This document shows, piece by piece, positions 14,226 through 28,400 of a DNA stretch of 64,000 nt. Position 1 is the first letter of the stretch, and each line of letters starts with the position of its first letter. The position numbers and the translations under genes were made by a program. This DNA comes from Dendrobates tinctorius (taxonomy: Eukaryota): positions 5,208,001 through 5,272,000 of the forward strand of contig NW_027361788.1 in NCBI RefSeq assembly GCF_039654945.1, given 5' to 3'. The notes beneath the pieces are model-generated. The model worked only from the letters and a program-made list of their open reading frames with translations, ran no database searches and had not been told where the DNA came from.

Positions 14226-14812
14226 TGAGTCTGCTCACATGGTATTCACCATACCTTTGGTGTTTCTGACGTGCTTTTACTATCCAGAGTCACCGGAAAA
14301 TGGTTGATGCATTACATGGCCTTGCTTTATAAAGGCTATTATAGGCCCTCCTGATTTGCTGTGCTGTACCATGTGATGGGATAGCTGCAAGGCATTAAGG
14401 TTGAGCCCACCCAGCTGTGCCTAAGGTCATGTGATACTTCTCTGGCTGATGCAATCTTGTGCCATTCTAGGGTTTTCATGTGAACTGAATTGCATATTTT
14501 TGGAATTTGAGTTCAGTGAATCCCTAAAAATTTGAAGCATATACGACTCACATTGAGTCATTTTGCTCATTTGTACAGTACAGTGACGCCAAAGATATCC
14601 AAAGCCTATTCTGCATACAATGGAGGCATCCGTCAGAGGTGTTTGAGCATGTGAAGTCATTTTGCTTATTTTTGAAGGGTAAACTGAGCAGTTTTGAGGT
14701 GGATTTAGAGTTTCCATTTAGTTTCTGCTCCAAAAACTCCTTAAAAAAGCAATGTGCACTTAAGCTATATGTCAGAAAATTATCCCTACTAATACCACTG
14801 ATTACACTATAA

Positions 14813-15634
14813 GGGTATGTGCACACGGAGCCACCAAGTTATCTCAGTCAAAGCTGCTTCAGGCATACGAAGGTGGTTGTTTTGTTGTTTTGCCCTATGC
14901 TGTTGACTATAGAGAGCAGGCGGCTACACTTTAAGAATGAGCTTGTCACTTTTTTCACCGCTTCCGGGTTTCTGAACTGTGAAGTGATTAAAAGAAGTGC
15001 CATAAGATGGAACTTGTGCACAGCAACTCGTTTTTACTTTGCTGTGGATTTTGTTCATTTTTTTGTATCTTTCTTTCAGCCGGAATTTGCCTGAAAAAGA
15101 TGTCATATGCAAATACGCTTTCGGGAACTCTCCAAACTCTCCTCAAAAACTTTTTGAAAAATTGGAGTTTCTGCTCAGTTTCCGACCCAAAAACTCAGCA
15201 AAAAGCCTGTATGCACTACTGTTAGGCTAGGTGCACAAAGCGTCTGTCAGATGCCGGTACAGCTGCAGAATTAAAGTAAAATTACTTCAGGAAAGCGCCT
15301 GCATTCATTTTCCTGATGCGGCTTCATTGGCAGATTTGCTTCTGTCCCTATGGTGGCTCCACCACCAGTGTATTCTGCGCTATGCCGACAATTATAGGGA
15401 GATGGCAGTGTCCGAGTTGAAGCCGTCCAAAGAATGAGCATGTTACTTCTCTTAATCGCTTCACGGTTTCTGGATCTTGAAGTGGTTAAAAGAAGCGACA
15501 TAAGACAAAACATGTGCACGGCAAGATGCTTTGACATTGCTGTGCACTGTGTTAATTTTATGGGACGCTCTTGCAGTGCATCTTCAAGTGGATTCCAGGT
15601 ATCCTCCTGAAAAAGACGCCATGATCACATACCC
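14813..15634. mobile_element. Degenerate Harbinger-type MITE(s)
   Basis: TAA-GGGTATGTG ... CACATACCC-TAA termini; possibly composite with a second start near 15225. Confidence 0.45.
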
Positions 15635-18025
15635 TAAAAGAACCACAAAAATATCATCCTCAATTTCTTTTTTCAGACTTCTAATTTACATAAAATATCT
15701 AACATTTTTTTTAATCCATAATTAAATCTAGTTTTGTCTCCATCTCTGAACTAGTTACGGTTTTCCTACTGCTGGGTTATTACTCGGTTTACACTTGTAA
15801 ACATGGAATATCTGCTGATATACATCCAAACACTGCTCTTTCCCCCCATAAATCTTTCAGTGCTCTCAGGATGGCGTCGTAAAACTGCCACTGTAAAACA
15901 ATAATGGTCTCAGGTGGATAGTGAAAAAGTTTCTGTAACTCCCTGTTGGTTGATCACACTTTGGTACTTCCATGAGTCTAAGCAGATGCTCTACAGGGAA
16001 GCACAAAATGGATACGTGAAGGCAATGCATCAAAACCGTAAGCTCCCTCCATCTAAACTGCTAAGTCCTCAGGTAGCCTTTTTAGAGTTCACAGTAGGGG
16101 GTAGACTAAGTTTACCCATTTGACATTTTATGTCTGCAATAGGAACTACTCAAAAGTAGAACTTTTAAGATTTGCTAATGGAAATGCACCAGAAGTTACA
16201 CGTCTTGCAACCCATTCATTTGTTTGTGAAAGCGTAAGCAGGTGCTAAAATGCAGTAACGGGTCGGAGGCAGAGCAAGGGTTAAAGTGGGGTTTAATTTA
16301 AAAGGTATACTCCTCGCAGGGAGAAAACAGGGAAAACAATACAAAAGGGACACAGGGTAGGTAACCCAGGGGAAACGGGGAAACAGGTGTGAAGAATAGG
16401 GAAATAAGTTCAAGATTAGCAAACTTATCAGTCAGACGACTTCAGAATGCAGTTAGTTCAGGATGTGGACGTTGGCGCCAAAGCAGTGGTGCATAAGGGG
16501 TCCATTATGGACCTGGAAAAGATGGTGTCCTGGATCCTGGTGGTTACGGTGATTCCTCGTGGTCTGGTGTAGTCCTGGAAAGGATGACGTCTTGGCTCCT
16601 GGCGGCGATGGTGATTCCTCGTGGTCCAGTTGGTAATAGGTGTGTAAGGAAACGATCAGCCGGACAGAGCACAGTCTTTCCCCCCGTTAGCATACAGGGA
16701 CAATGAGCACTCAGGCACAAAGGGAAACCCCTCACAGCGGGTATCCCAATTCTCCCGTCGGTGCGTGCATTGATGTCCTGACTGGGCGTCCTGTCACTCA
16801 CGGTCAGCATTGTCAGCGGGGACCAGGTATGTCGTTGTCGGCAGTCTCTGTTAGCAGCTTTTTGCCTCTGCTCATTTTGACCCTCTCTGACAGTTGGTTT
16901 ATTCGCAGAAACCCTGACACTGCCCTCCTGCGCGCTGCCCGTTCCCGCGGCAACCAACTGTTGCCCTTTTATCTTAGCCATGCCCACTACTCCTGGGTGC
17001 AGAGGTCGGTCCGGGGCCTTAGCTTTCCCCCGTGAAACCTGGGTGACAGCCCCGACAGTTCCAGATCCGTCACAGAGTAGGTAGGCCTGGTTCAGATCTT
17101 CTACTTACAAAAGGTGCAAGACTTTGCTACAAGGGGTTGTTGCCTTAGTTGTGACGCATGGGGAAATTTCTCAAGAATGATGTTTATACGAGTAAGACTA
17201 TGCTCACTTGTTTAAAGTTTTGGATTGGTTTTGGGATAAAAAAAATTAAAACAAATAAAATCATCCAGTACAGGATCCATTCAATTGAATTGGAATGGAA
17301 ATGTTTTAAAATGTTTTCTGTTGAAGGACAATCTATTTATTTTAGCTAGATAAAAAAAAAGTAGTTTGAACAAGTTTTTTTTATGCCCTGCCAAAAAAAT
17401 AATTGCAATTGAATCAGTTTTTTGTAACATTGAAGAATGTGGGAAAAATAACGGATGGCCATCTGCTAGCGGATTTGTTTTGCAGCACTGCACATGCCCG
17501 GAACACAAGAGTTGTTCAGAGATCCCTTGTAGAAATGGGCGAACCCAAACAGTAAAGTTCGGCATCTGTACCAAACACTTACTGTTCGGGCACAGACACC
17601 GAACACGTACTTCACCAGGAAATCCATGTTAGTGTTTCGGTTCAGCTGCCTGAACACTGGGTGTTTGTCGAGCTGTCATGTCCATGACTATGTGGCAAAC
17701 ACTGCTTCTGATCAGCAGTGAAATCATCCCCTAGAGAGCCACGGTTCCCACACTGTCAAAAGACTGCATGAGCGCTCAGCTGTGATTGGAGGTATAAAGT
17801 TTACTTCCAGTCACTGGTGTCAGCTGACGGGACTACTGCTCTCATTGTCTGACACCTGCTACTGCAAATAACAGTGAGAGCAGGAGCAGCTGATGGGTGT
17901 ATTCATTAGCTGACTCAGCCAGGCAAAACTCACAGCTAGGGTCTGTAACCCTCAATAAATAATTAAAAAAAACGGCATGGGGCCCCACCCATTTTTGGCA
18001 ACCAGCCTTGCTAAAGCAGACAGCT

Positions 18026-18788
18026 TGTGACATCGGTGGCTGAGCCCACCGATGCCTCTTCTGCGGCGGTAACCGCCAATGCCGCTCCCCACCGCCGCCC
18101 CCCCGACGGCGCGCGCTCTCACCCGGTCTTCCGCGCTGCTGCGTCCCCACGCTCTGTACCTAGGTCGCGGGCGCACGCCCGCCCGCTCCCTTCATCCAGC
18201 GGTGGGCATCGCTGAAGGCAGGGCCTACCGTCCACTTCCTGGCCAGTGGGTACTTCAGGCGTCCTCCCTAAGGGGAGGACGCCTGATGATTGTGTGGCAA
18301 TCCCTGCACTCTCTGGCCGCTATAGTGTCCATATAGTAACTCTGTCTGTCCTGTGTCCTGCTCAGTTCTCTCCCGTCAGCCTGTATCTTCCCCTGTTCCC
18401 CTCTGTTTGCCTCAGCCTGGTTCCTTCTGTCCTCTCTTCCAGTGCCCCTGCTGCCTGTCTTATGGGCTCCCTGTCCTAGGCCTTTCTCCCATCCTCCCTT
18501 CCGTGCCTCGTTCCTCCGTACTCCCTTTCCTCTGGTAGCAACGTCCTGCTACCTTTCTACTACTGCCTGTTTTCCTTGGTTACCCCATCCTGGTTCCCTG
18601 GTCTCTGTTCCATCTTGTCCTTGAGCCGTCCCTCTTGGTACCGGCTGTCGCGGTTCTGCCCCCTGCGGTTCTGCCCCTAACGATCCCTGTATAGGGGTAG
18701 GTCTTCACCTGGCGTGCTCAGCCCAGGGGCTCCAGATCTGCGATCCAGAGGGTCCACTCTCGGACATTCTCGGTTCCTGAACGTCACA
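18026..18788. mobile_element. GC-rich solo LTR inserted into a hAT-like remnant (about 17530-18900)
   Basis: TGTGAC...GTCACA termini; 5-bp TSD CAGCT (18021-18025, 18789-18793). Confidence 0.85.
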
Positions 18789-21637
18789 CAGCTGGTGGCT
18801 GGTATTCTCAGGCTGGTAAGGAACATGGATATTGCCCCCCCCAGCCTAAAAATAGCAGCTCACAGCTGCCCAGAAGAGGCACATATATTAACAAAACATT
18901 AAATGGTTGAGTTAATTTACAATTTTTAGCTTTATCATATGCTAAAATGAAAATTTCTTGGCTTTTTTTGCTATTTTAAATCTTTTTAAAGAGTGTTTTC
19001 CTTGTTGTTCAATTTCCTTTGATTGTACAATAAAAGTTTAATTTTTACATGGGCCAGAATTTTTGTGGATGCATCTTTGTGCTTTTTCTTCCAAGTATAC
19101 ATTTTTGCACCCTTACCTGTGACCTCTTTCTTCGAGTCATTGTTGACCACCTAAGCCCCTTTGTCTTAGGCCTCATTCACATGCCAGTGTTTTTGAGCAG
19201 TATTTTAATACTAAAACCAGGAGTGTCTCCAAAACATAAAACAGGTTTACATTTTTCAATTAGTTTTCAATTTTAAGTTCCCCTCCTGGTTTTGGCATAC
19301 AAACACTGATGCGAAATACTGACCAAATACTGATGAGTGAATGAGGCTTCAAGCTGTATACAGTATATAACTACTGCCATAGTTTCTCCCTTTTTTACAA
19401 GAGACAGTTGGAATAGAATGAAAAACTCCTCCCACTGTACTCCAAAATGGTGCCAAAAGTTTTGCATAAAGTAAGCTAGCCAATCACAGCTGTGATTGAT
19501 AGCACCTGGGAGGGAGTGGTGAAAACACATACACCCATAGAAGACTATGAAGAAACATCCAGTTGAACTACAAGTAGAGATTTCACATACTGCGCTCCAA
19601 AAGACACAAATGTGAATATCTCTGTGATGTAGTGACAGAACAAAATAGAAAAAAACGCTGGAATCGAGGAATCTTGTGGATTTTTCCAAGGTATAACTCA
19701 ATTTATTTGATCATTATGGATATTTATTTTCAAATGCACAATCTGTCCACCTTGGAAACTCCAATGGGGAACCCTTACAAGTATTGGGGTGAAAAGTTTA
19801 ATATTTTTGTGACCTTTCTTTCCCATACAGCAAATACTAAGCGTAACAAAGTACTTAGAGAAATGATGTTGTATTAGGAAAATAAAATTAAATGGTCTCT
19901 CGTAAGTGATTCTACTCTAACGTGAAGAGAGCACGATAGTGATTGGAAACTCCAGTGCACAAGGGTCCTGTTTTATATCGGAAAAGGATTATGTGTGTCA
20001 AGGTCTACAGAACCGAGTTCTCTACACAAAACCACAGCTTCAGTGTCTTCTAGAGACAGCTGCTACATGTCTGACTTTTGGCAGAGATTCTTACGCTGCA
20101 ATTTAAGCCTCCCATTGGGAGAATAGGAAAATGCAGATTGACGCATAATGAGTGAAAGTCCCTGTTCAGAATCCAGCTGTGACCACTGATCTGTGTTGAT
20201 GGGCACTTGTGGGGTGTTCACATATGGAATCTATTTCTCTAGAAAATAAAGCCACATGTTCCTAATACGTTGTGAGAGGACATGGCATAGCTTTTTTTTT
20301 GGACATGTTTTGGAGGTACCCACATCAAGCTCTAGCTACTCTTATGTCTTGGTACAGGTGTAACTAAGCTCCGGCTCCTTCACGAAGGACGTTGTTTAAT
20401 TGGTCCCAGTGGAAGCAGAATATTTAGTTACAAATATTTTTCAACCAATTTCCCTCGAACAACCCGTTATGTACAGTCCCTTTTTTTCCTAGTGATTTCT
20501 TTCCATGAAGTCTAGAAGTGGTTGTGACTCGTGACACATTGCGAGTAATGGAGAGGGCTTTTTGCAATGCCTGTGATGTGTATAAAGATGGGCTGGAGGG
20601 AAGGATTTGGGTGTGTATGTGCATGGCTCGAATGCTTTTTCTCTTAATAACAACACATTGTAATGGAATGCAGATTTTTGCAGTTTGGCTACATCTGGAC
20701 ATTTTTTTTTGGAGGGATTTGGACACAATCTACCACAATCAATAAGTTCTGTAGATACAGAGTACTGATAGAGCAGTCTGGCAGAACATCAGTTAGCAAC
20801 ACGATTGCTATTTTAACCTCTGACTTGATGGAAATGAAAAAAGGAGGCTCTGTAGAGGTGTCTTAGCAATATGAGCAATAATGCATTATTAAAAAATAAG
20901 ACTCCAGCTAAGATAATGAAAAAAGTGTGAGGATCTGACGCTAAACCTGGACAAATAAACGGTAAAGTGTGTCTCCAACATCTGTAGCACTACAAGTTCA
21001 TAACAAGCTAGAAGTTCCAATATTGCAACACGTACGAAATTTAGCAATGCACAAGATTGGGGGTTACAGAAAATGACACAAATTGTGCCAAATTGATCTG
21101 GCATATTGTAAATATCGTTACCCACTCAGCATGGTAGACATTTCTCATCCTTATTATCCCTCACGGCAGGAACACATGGACGTTGATATATGATGCTAAT
21201 TTTGGAACCTGTAGCATTTCAATGTTCGTTGTCCCAGATTTTATTATAGCAGAGGTGAAATCCATTGGCCATTATGCATTAAAAAATTAACCCCTTCCTG
21301 ACATGCGATGTACTTGCTGTTAACCCCTTAACTGCTGCTGTCAATCTCTGCCAGTGACATTTACGGTATACGGTCCAGTGGGGCGCACTTTTACATTCTA
21401 CCATTGCTCATCCCCTTTCCATGTAGCATGACTGCAGGTTGCCAGTGTCCGGACATCATGATTTATTCTATATACTGCAACACAGAAGGGGCTGTGTGCA
21501 GCTACTCCATGACTATAATCCTACATGGTCTGAGTCTTAACGGGAGTCTGTAAGCACAGAATTACTGTTTAAAACAAGTACAGGGGCTCAGTGCACACTT
21601 GGTGTGGCCAAACAGTTCAGCGCATCTTCCCACCTGA

Positions 21638-22330
21638 GGCTATGTGCACATGTCTGGAATTCCTGCGTATTTTATGCGTTTTGCCGCATTTTTTTTGCCG
21701 TGAAAACGCAGCGTAAACGCTGCAAAAACACATAAAATAAGCAACCCATTGCATTCAATGGTATTCCGCACATGCTGTGCTAATGCTGCGCATTTTTCCG
21801 CGGTAGAATCACATCGCGGAACAATATGCAGCATGCTCATTCTTTTTGCAGAATCGCGGGAATTACGCACACATAGGAATGCATTATTCCGCGCACTTTC
21901 TGCATGTGGCTATGCCCACCATGCGCAAAGTATGCGGAAAATGTTTGGATGGTACCCAGGGTCTGGAGGAGAGGAGATTCTCCTCCAGGCCCTGGGTACC
22001 ATACCCTGTAAAAAATAGAATTAAAATAAAAAATTGTGATATTCTCACCTTCCGTCATCCCTCGCAGCATCCCCAGGCCTCAGCGATGGGACTTGCCGGG
22101 AGCATCGCTGAGGCCTGAGGACGCTGCGAGGGACGCCGGAAGGCAAGAATAACACAATTTTTTTTTTATTATTATTATTTTTAACTTTATATCTTTTTAC
22201 TACTGATGCTGCATAGGCAGCCTCAATAGTAAAAAGTTGATCACACTAGTCAAGCACTATGTTTGACGAGTGTGACCCACCTGTCAATCAGTTTTCCAAG
22301 TGATGCTACAGATCACTTGGAAAACGCTCT
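21638..22330. mobile_element. Truncated Harbinger-type MITE with internal hairpins
   Basis: Starts GGCTATGTGCACA; stem-loops at about 21950-22002 and 22036-22157; right TIR not found. Confidence 0.45.
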
Positions 22331-23075
22331 ATTTACCTCTGTCTGTTGGAAGTGCTAGAATTCAACTAGTTTCTTCTTAGATCCTCTTGGAGGATTGCTG
22401 GGTTGAGCTCTTTTGTGATGTCTCAAGCTAAGTGTATTCCCTCATTTGTCTTCCTGCTTTGTCTTTAGTTGTAGTGGGGGCTGTCTAGTGTTACCCCATC
22501 CCCTCTCTATCCAGGGTCTATCACTGGGAGCAATCAACAATAAGGGTCCTGCTCGGTGATAGGTGCGTAACCTATATAGGGACGTTAGGACAGGCAGGGT
22601 GTTGTCAGATCTGCCTAGGTGTCCACTCCCCCCCTTTCCTAGTGTTTGGGCTCCACCACCCTCTTCCCAATGTGGTGCACCTGGCTTCTCCCTCACCCAG
22701 CGTGACATAGTATATACAATTTTCCTGAACTATCTGGGACATTTCCAGTAGAAGGGGAGACCTTCCAAATTCTTAGAACAGTTGGAGAATGTCCTTGGCA
22801 CCACAAAAGCTTGAAACCACCTGGAAAGCAATGCATCTAGTAAGGGTTCTGTGCATGATGCTGTGATGCTAGTCTTCAGATGTAGCGCAGACATCCAAGT
22901 GAACATTCATGGAACGAAAAACGGAAGCATATGTGGAGCAGTATGTGTTATGATTGAGTCACCGTAGGAGGCAAAAACAGAAATGCTAGCTAAGTCCAGA
23001 AAACCAGAGAAGTTGGCAGCTATCGGATTGCAGACCCCTGAACCTATCAACACAACTAGCAGTAGGCGTGGGGGG

Positions 23076-24652
23076 AGCAAGCACCTCTAACTCTAGAGAA
23101 TAGATCCGAAATCAGGGGTAACGGATACTGATATTTAATAGTAAATTTATTGAGGGCACGATAATCAATACAAGGCCTTAAAGAACCATCCTTTTTGGCC
23201 ACAAAAAAAAACGGCACCTAAGGGTGAAGAGGATGGTCTAATATGACCCTTCTCCAACGCCTCCTTAATATAGGACCGCATAGCCTCGTGCTCGGGTACA
23301 GATAAATTGAAGAGCCAACCTTTGGGAAATTTACACCCCGGGCTTAGTTCAATTACACAGTCATAACTCCTATGAGGAGGCAAGGACGCAGACTCATTCT
23401 CACTAAATACATCATAAAAGTCCGCCAAATAGTCAGGAACATCATGCGACTGAGGAGAGGTGGAAAAAACCGGAGCCTCACTAAAGGCACACCGACAACC
23501 CCAACTCACCACAGACACAGATTTCCAATCCAAAACTGGATTATGAATTTGCAACCAGGGAAACCCCAGAACAACGGCATCATGCAGACCATGCAATACC
23601 AAAAATCTGCAATTTTCTTGATGGTCTGGGGCGACCCGCATGACCACCTGGGTCCAAAACTGAGGTTTATTTTTCGCCAAAGGAGTAGCATCAATCCCCC
23701 TCAAAGGGATAGGCGTCTGCAGAGGTGTCATCGGAAATCCACAACGTTTAGCAAAATCCAAGTCCATTAGGTTTATCGCTGCTCCCGAATCCACAAAAGC
23801 CTTGGCGGAAAATGTGGACAGGGAGCAGATCAGAGTAATTGCCAGAAGAAACTTAAGTTGAACACCACCAACAGAAAACGTGTGTGCAAAGCATTTCTCT
23901 CGTTTAGGACAAACAGAAATAATATGCGAGGCATCTCCACAAAAAAAACACAGCTTATTACGCCTTCTGAACTCCTGACGTTGCGCCTTAGACAAAACTC
24001 TATCACATTGCATAGGTTCAGACGTCTGTTCAATCGGTGGCAACACCTCTCGTGCAATCCTGCGTTCACGTAAACGCCGATCAACCTGAATGGCTAATGA
24101 CATAGAATCGTCCAGACCAGAGGGAACAGGAAATCCCACCATAGTATCTTTTACGGCTTCTGACAAACCCTTCCGAAAGAGAGCAGCCAAGGCATTATCA
24201 TTCCAGGTAGTAAGGACCGCCCACTTTCGGAACTTTTGACAGTACAACTCTGCAGAATCTCGACCCTGGTTCAATGCCAACAGGGTCTTTTCAGCCTGAT
24301 CAATAGCATTAGGTTCGTCATACAACAACCCCAAAGCTTGAAAGAATGCGTTCACATTAGTCAGAATAGGATCATCTGGTTTCAAAGAAAACGCCCAATC
24401 CTGGGGATCGCCACGCAGCAAAGAGATGACAATTTTAACCTGCTGCGCGGGGCTCCCTGACGAGTTAGGCTTCAAGGCAAAAAATAATTTACAATTATTT
24501 TTGAAACTCAAAAATTTAGATCGATCCCCAAAAAATACATCAGGTGTAGGGATCTTTGGTTCAACAGCATGCGAACGAGCAAGGTAGGCAGAAATTCCCC
24601 GCACTTCCGCAGCGAGCTGCTCCACATGATCAGACAATTGCTTTATCTCCAT
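23076..24652 (-). pseudogene. Second-unit gag-protease-partial RT, truncated by deletion
   Basis: Near-identical to 28065-29640; frameshift near 23212; fused at 23075/23076 to LTR sequence. Confidence 0.93.
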
Positions 24653-25454
24653 TGAGAGAAAAAAAAAAATTCCCCCTATGGCCTCAGAGATATAGAGGAA
24701 AGAATTATACACACACCTTTTTTTTTTTTTTTTAAACACAATTCTTTCCTGCTATTGAGTACCCTAGGATCTGCGGTAGGGCGGGTGATTCTGTTATGAT
24801 TGAGTCACCGTAGGAGGCAAAAACAGAAATGCTAGCTAAGTCCAGAAAACCAGAGAAGTTGGCAGCTATCGGATTGCAGACCCCTGAACCTATCAAGACA
24901 ACTAGCAGTAGCCGTGGGGGGTTCCTACGATGCCCTAGACCCCTCGATCACAGCCGGAGAATTAAATAGGCCTAAAGAAAGAAAGGGGAAATCTAAACTG
25001 CCCCACAGCAGACCCCAAAGCAATGGGCAGCCCCCAACATATAATGACGGTGAAGCAAGATGAAAATACTAACACAGACAGAAATATAGACTGAGCAAAG
25101 AGGGGCCCAAGCTAACTTGATAGAAAAGGACAGGAAGGCTGCTGTCTGCAATCTGTGAAAAACCCTATGAAAATAAGAGCCAACAAACTGACAGTAAAAA
25201 AGGCCCTGAAGACGCTAGGCTTCAAAAAGCTATGTCAGCACTCAGGAATATACAGAAGACAGAGCTACAGGCAAAATGAGATTCAGCTCACCCCAGCAGG
25301 GGATTGCAGAATACTGAAAAGCAAGGAAAACAAAAAACAAAACAAAAAGGCTAACAGCCAAAACAGAAAACTTAGCTTTAGGGAGCAGGAATCAGACTGG
25401 TGTCCTAGAAGTCCACAGAGAAATAACCCGCAGGGCAGAAGGGCGTCGGCAGCC

Positions 25455-28400
25455 TTATATCCAGTCTGTGACTCCACTCAGCCAGTCATCCTCATTAGAC
25501 TCAGGTGCCTGATAATCAGGCTTACTACCTTCCTTCACCAGAATAGGGAGTTCACCAGACCCCAGTGACGAAGGGGAAAATGAACTCACAACAGTACCTC
25601 CCCCTTGAGGAGGGGTCACCGAACCCTCAACCACGCCACCAGGGCGATCAGGGTGAGCCCGAAGAAATGCACGCACCAATCTTTTGGCATGAATATCAGA
25701 GGCAGAGACCCAGGAATTATCCTCCTGACCATAACCCTTCCACTTAACCAAATACTGGAGTCTCCGTCTAGCCAGACGGGAATCCAGTATTTTCTCTACC
25801 TCATATTCCATGCTACCTTCAACCAATACAGGGTCTGGAGGTGCCACCCCAGGAACAACTGGTTCAGCAAACCTCTTCAACAAGGACTTATGGAACACAT
25901 TATGGATTTTAAATGTGACAGGAAGAGCCAAACGAAAAGAGACCGGATTAATAATCTCCAAAATCTTGTAAGGTCCAATAAATCTAGGCTTAAACTTAGG
26001 AGAAGCCACCTTCATAGCAATATTTTTTGATGATAACCACACCATATCACCAATCTTAAACTGGGGACCAATGGTCCTATGTCGATTGGAAAACCGCTGG
26101 GCCTTTTCCTGGGAGAGAGATAACTTATCCACCACTTGGTCCCAGATCTGGTGCATTCTCTCCACCACAGTGTCAACACCTGGGCAGGCAGAAGGCTCCA
26201 CCTGCCCTGAAGAAAATCGAGGATGAAACCCAAAGTTACAAAAAAAAGGTGACATCAAAGTGGCAGAACTAGCTCTATTATTTAAAGCAAATTCGGCCAA
26301 GGGCAACAATGAAACCCAATCATCCTGATCAGCGGAAATAAAACATCTCAAATATAACTCCAAGGTCTTGTTTGTTCTCTCTGTCTGCCCATTGGTCTGA
26401 GGGTGAAAAGCAGAGGAGAAGGACAACTGAATTCCCAGCTTGGAACAGAAAGTCCTCCAAAATCTAGACACAAACTGAACTCCTCTGTCAGATACAATGT
26501 TCTCAGGAATCCCGTGTAAGCGAACCACCTGTTGCAAAAACAGGGGCACCAACTCAGAGGAAGATGGCAACTTAGGGAGTGGTACAAGATGAACCATCTT
26601 AGAGAACCTATCACAAATCACCCAAATAACAGTCATTCTTTGAGAGACCGGCATATCAGAGATGAAATCCATTGAAATATGGGTCCATGGCCTCCTGGGG
26701 ACCGGCAAAGGCATCAACAACCCACTAGAGCGAGAACAAGGTTTAGACCGGGAGCAAGTCCCACAGGACTGCACAAAATTCCTGACATCATGAGACAAGG
26801 TGGGCCACCAAAAAGAGCGACTCACCAGATCTCTAGTACCAAAACTGGATGACCAGCCAATGCAGAGCAATGAACTTCAGACATCACTCTCTTCTTCCAC
26901 TGGTCAGGAACATACAACTTTCCACTGGGACAATGCTCAGGTTTGTCCTCCTGGAACTCTTGCAGAGCAAGTCTCAAATCGGGCGAGATGGCAGAAAGAA
27001 CTAGCCCTTCGCCTAAGATGGTAGCAGGCTTGGTCACCACAGGAGAATCAGCAAAGAAACTCCTAGACAGGGCGTATGCCTTGACATTCTTAGTTCCAGG
27101 AAGAAAAGAGACCACAAAATCAAAACGTGTAAAAAACAAGGCCCACCTAGCCTGTCTAGGGTTCAAGCGTTTAGCCGACTCTAGGTAAATCAAATTCTTG
27201 TGGTCAGTGAGGACCACAACTTGATGTTTAGCTCCCTCCAACCAATGTCTCCACTCCTCAAATGCCCATTTCATGGCCAACAGTTCCCGATTCCCCACAT
27301 CATAGTTACGTTCAGATGGAGAGAACTTTCGGGAAAAGAAAGCACATGGATTAATGTTAGATGTTACAGGATCCTTTTGGGACAAAACAGCTCCTGCACC
27401 AATCTCAGAAGCATCCACCACTACCTGGAACGGGAGTGAGACATCAGGTTGCCGCAAAACCGGGGCGGAGGTAAATCTTCGCTTCAGCTCCTGAAAGGAA
27501 GCAACAGCCTCAGGAGACCAATTCAACACATCAGCACCCTTCTTAGTCAGATCAGTCAATGGCTTGGCAATACTAGAAAATTTTGCTATAAATTTCCGAT
27601 AAAAATTAGCAAAACCCAAAAACTTCTGGAGGGCCTTCAAAGAAGTGGGCTGAACCCAATCATAAATGGCCTGTACCTTGGCCGGGTCCATTTCAATAGT
27701 TGACGGAGACAAAATAAATCCCAAAAATGAAATCCTCTGTACTCCAAAAAGGCATTTCGATCCTTTGACATACAGGGAATTCTCCCTCAAGATCCGGAAC
27801 ACAGTCAGAATATGTTCCACATGAGAATCCCAATCCTTGGAGAAGATCAAAATATCATCCAGGTAATAATCAAAAATTTATCGACAAAGTCTCGGAAAAT
27901 ATCGTTCATGAAGCACTGGAAGACAGAAGGGGCATTAGTGAGCCCAAAAGGCATCACCAGGTACTCAAAATGTCCCTCCGGAGTATTAAACGCCGTCTTC
28001 CATTCATCCCCCTGCTTAATGCGGATAAGATTATACGCCCCCCTGAGGTCAAGCTTGGTAAACCAGCAAGCACCTCTAACTCTAGAGAATAGATAAGAAA
28101 TCAGGGGTAACGGATACTGATATTTAATAGTAATTTTATTGAGGGCACGATAATCAATACAAGGCCTTAAAGAACCATCCTTTTTGGCCACAAAAAAAAA
28201 ACCGGCACCTAAGGGTGAAGAGGATGGTCTAATATGACCCTTCTCCAACGCCTCCTTAATATAGGACCGCATAGCCTCGTGCTCGGGTACAGATAAATTG
28301 AAGAGCCAACCTTTGGGAAATTTACACCCCGGGCTTAGTTCAATTACACAGTCGTAACTCCTATGAGGAGGCAAGGACGCAGACTCATTCTCACTAAATA

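Noticed and set aside
18060-18300. CpG island of a host gene
   Set aside because: Lies inside a TSD-flanked solo LTR.
20424-21125. Short ORFs in unique-looking sequence
   Set aside because: No recognisable domain or consistent splice structure.
25155-25568. 137-aa antisense ORF in the LTR (also 30138-30551) as an accessory gene
   Set aside because: Repeats only because the LTRs are near-identical; no motif and no counterpart seen in subfamily 2.
27840-27880. Programmed frameshift in pol
   Set aside because: The shift falls in the RT YxDD motif and is absent from the second subfamily, so it is a mutation or sequencing indel.
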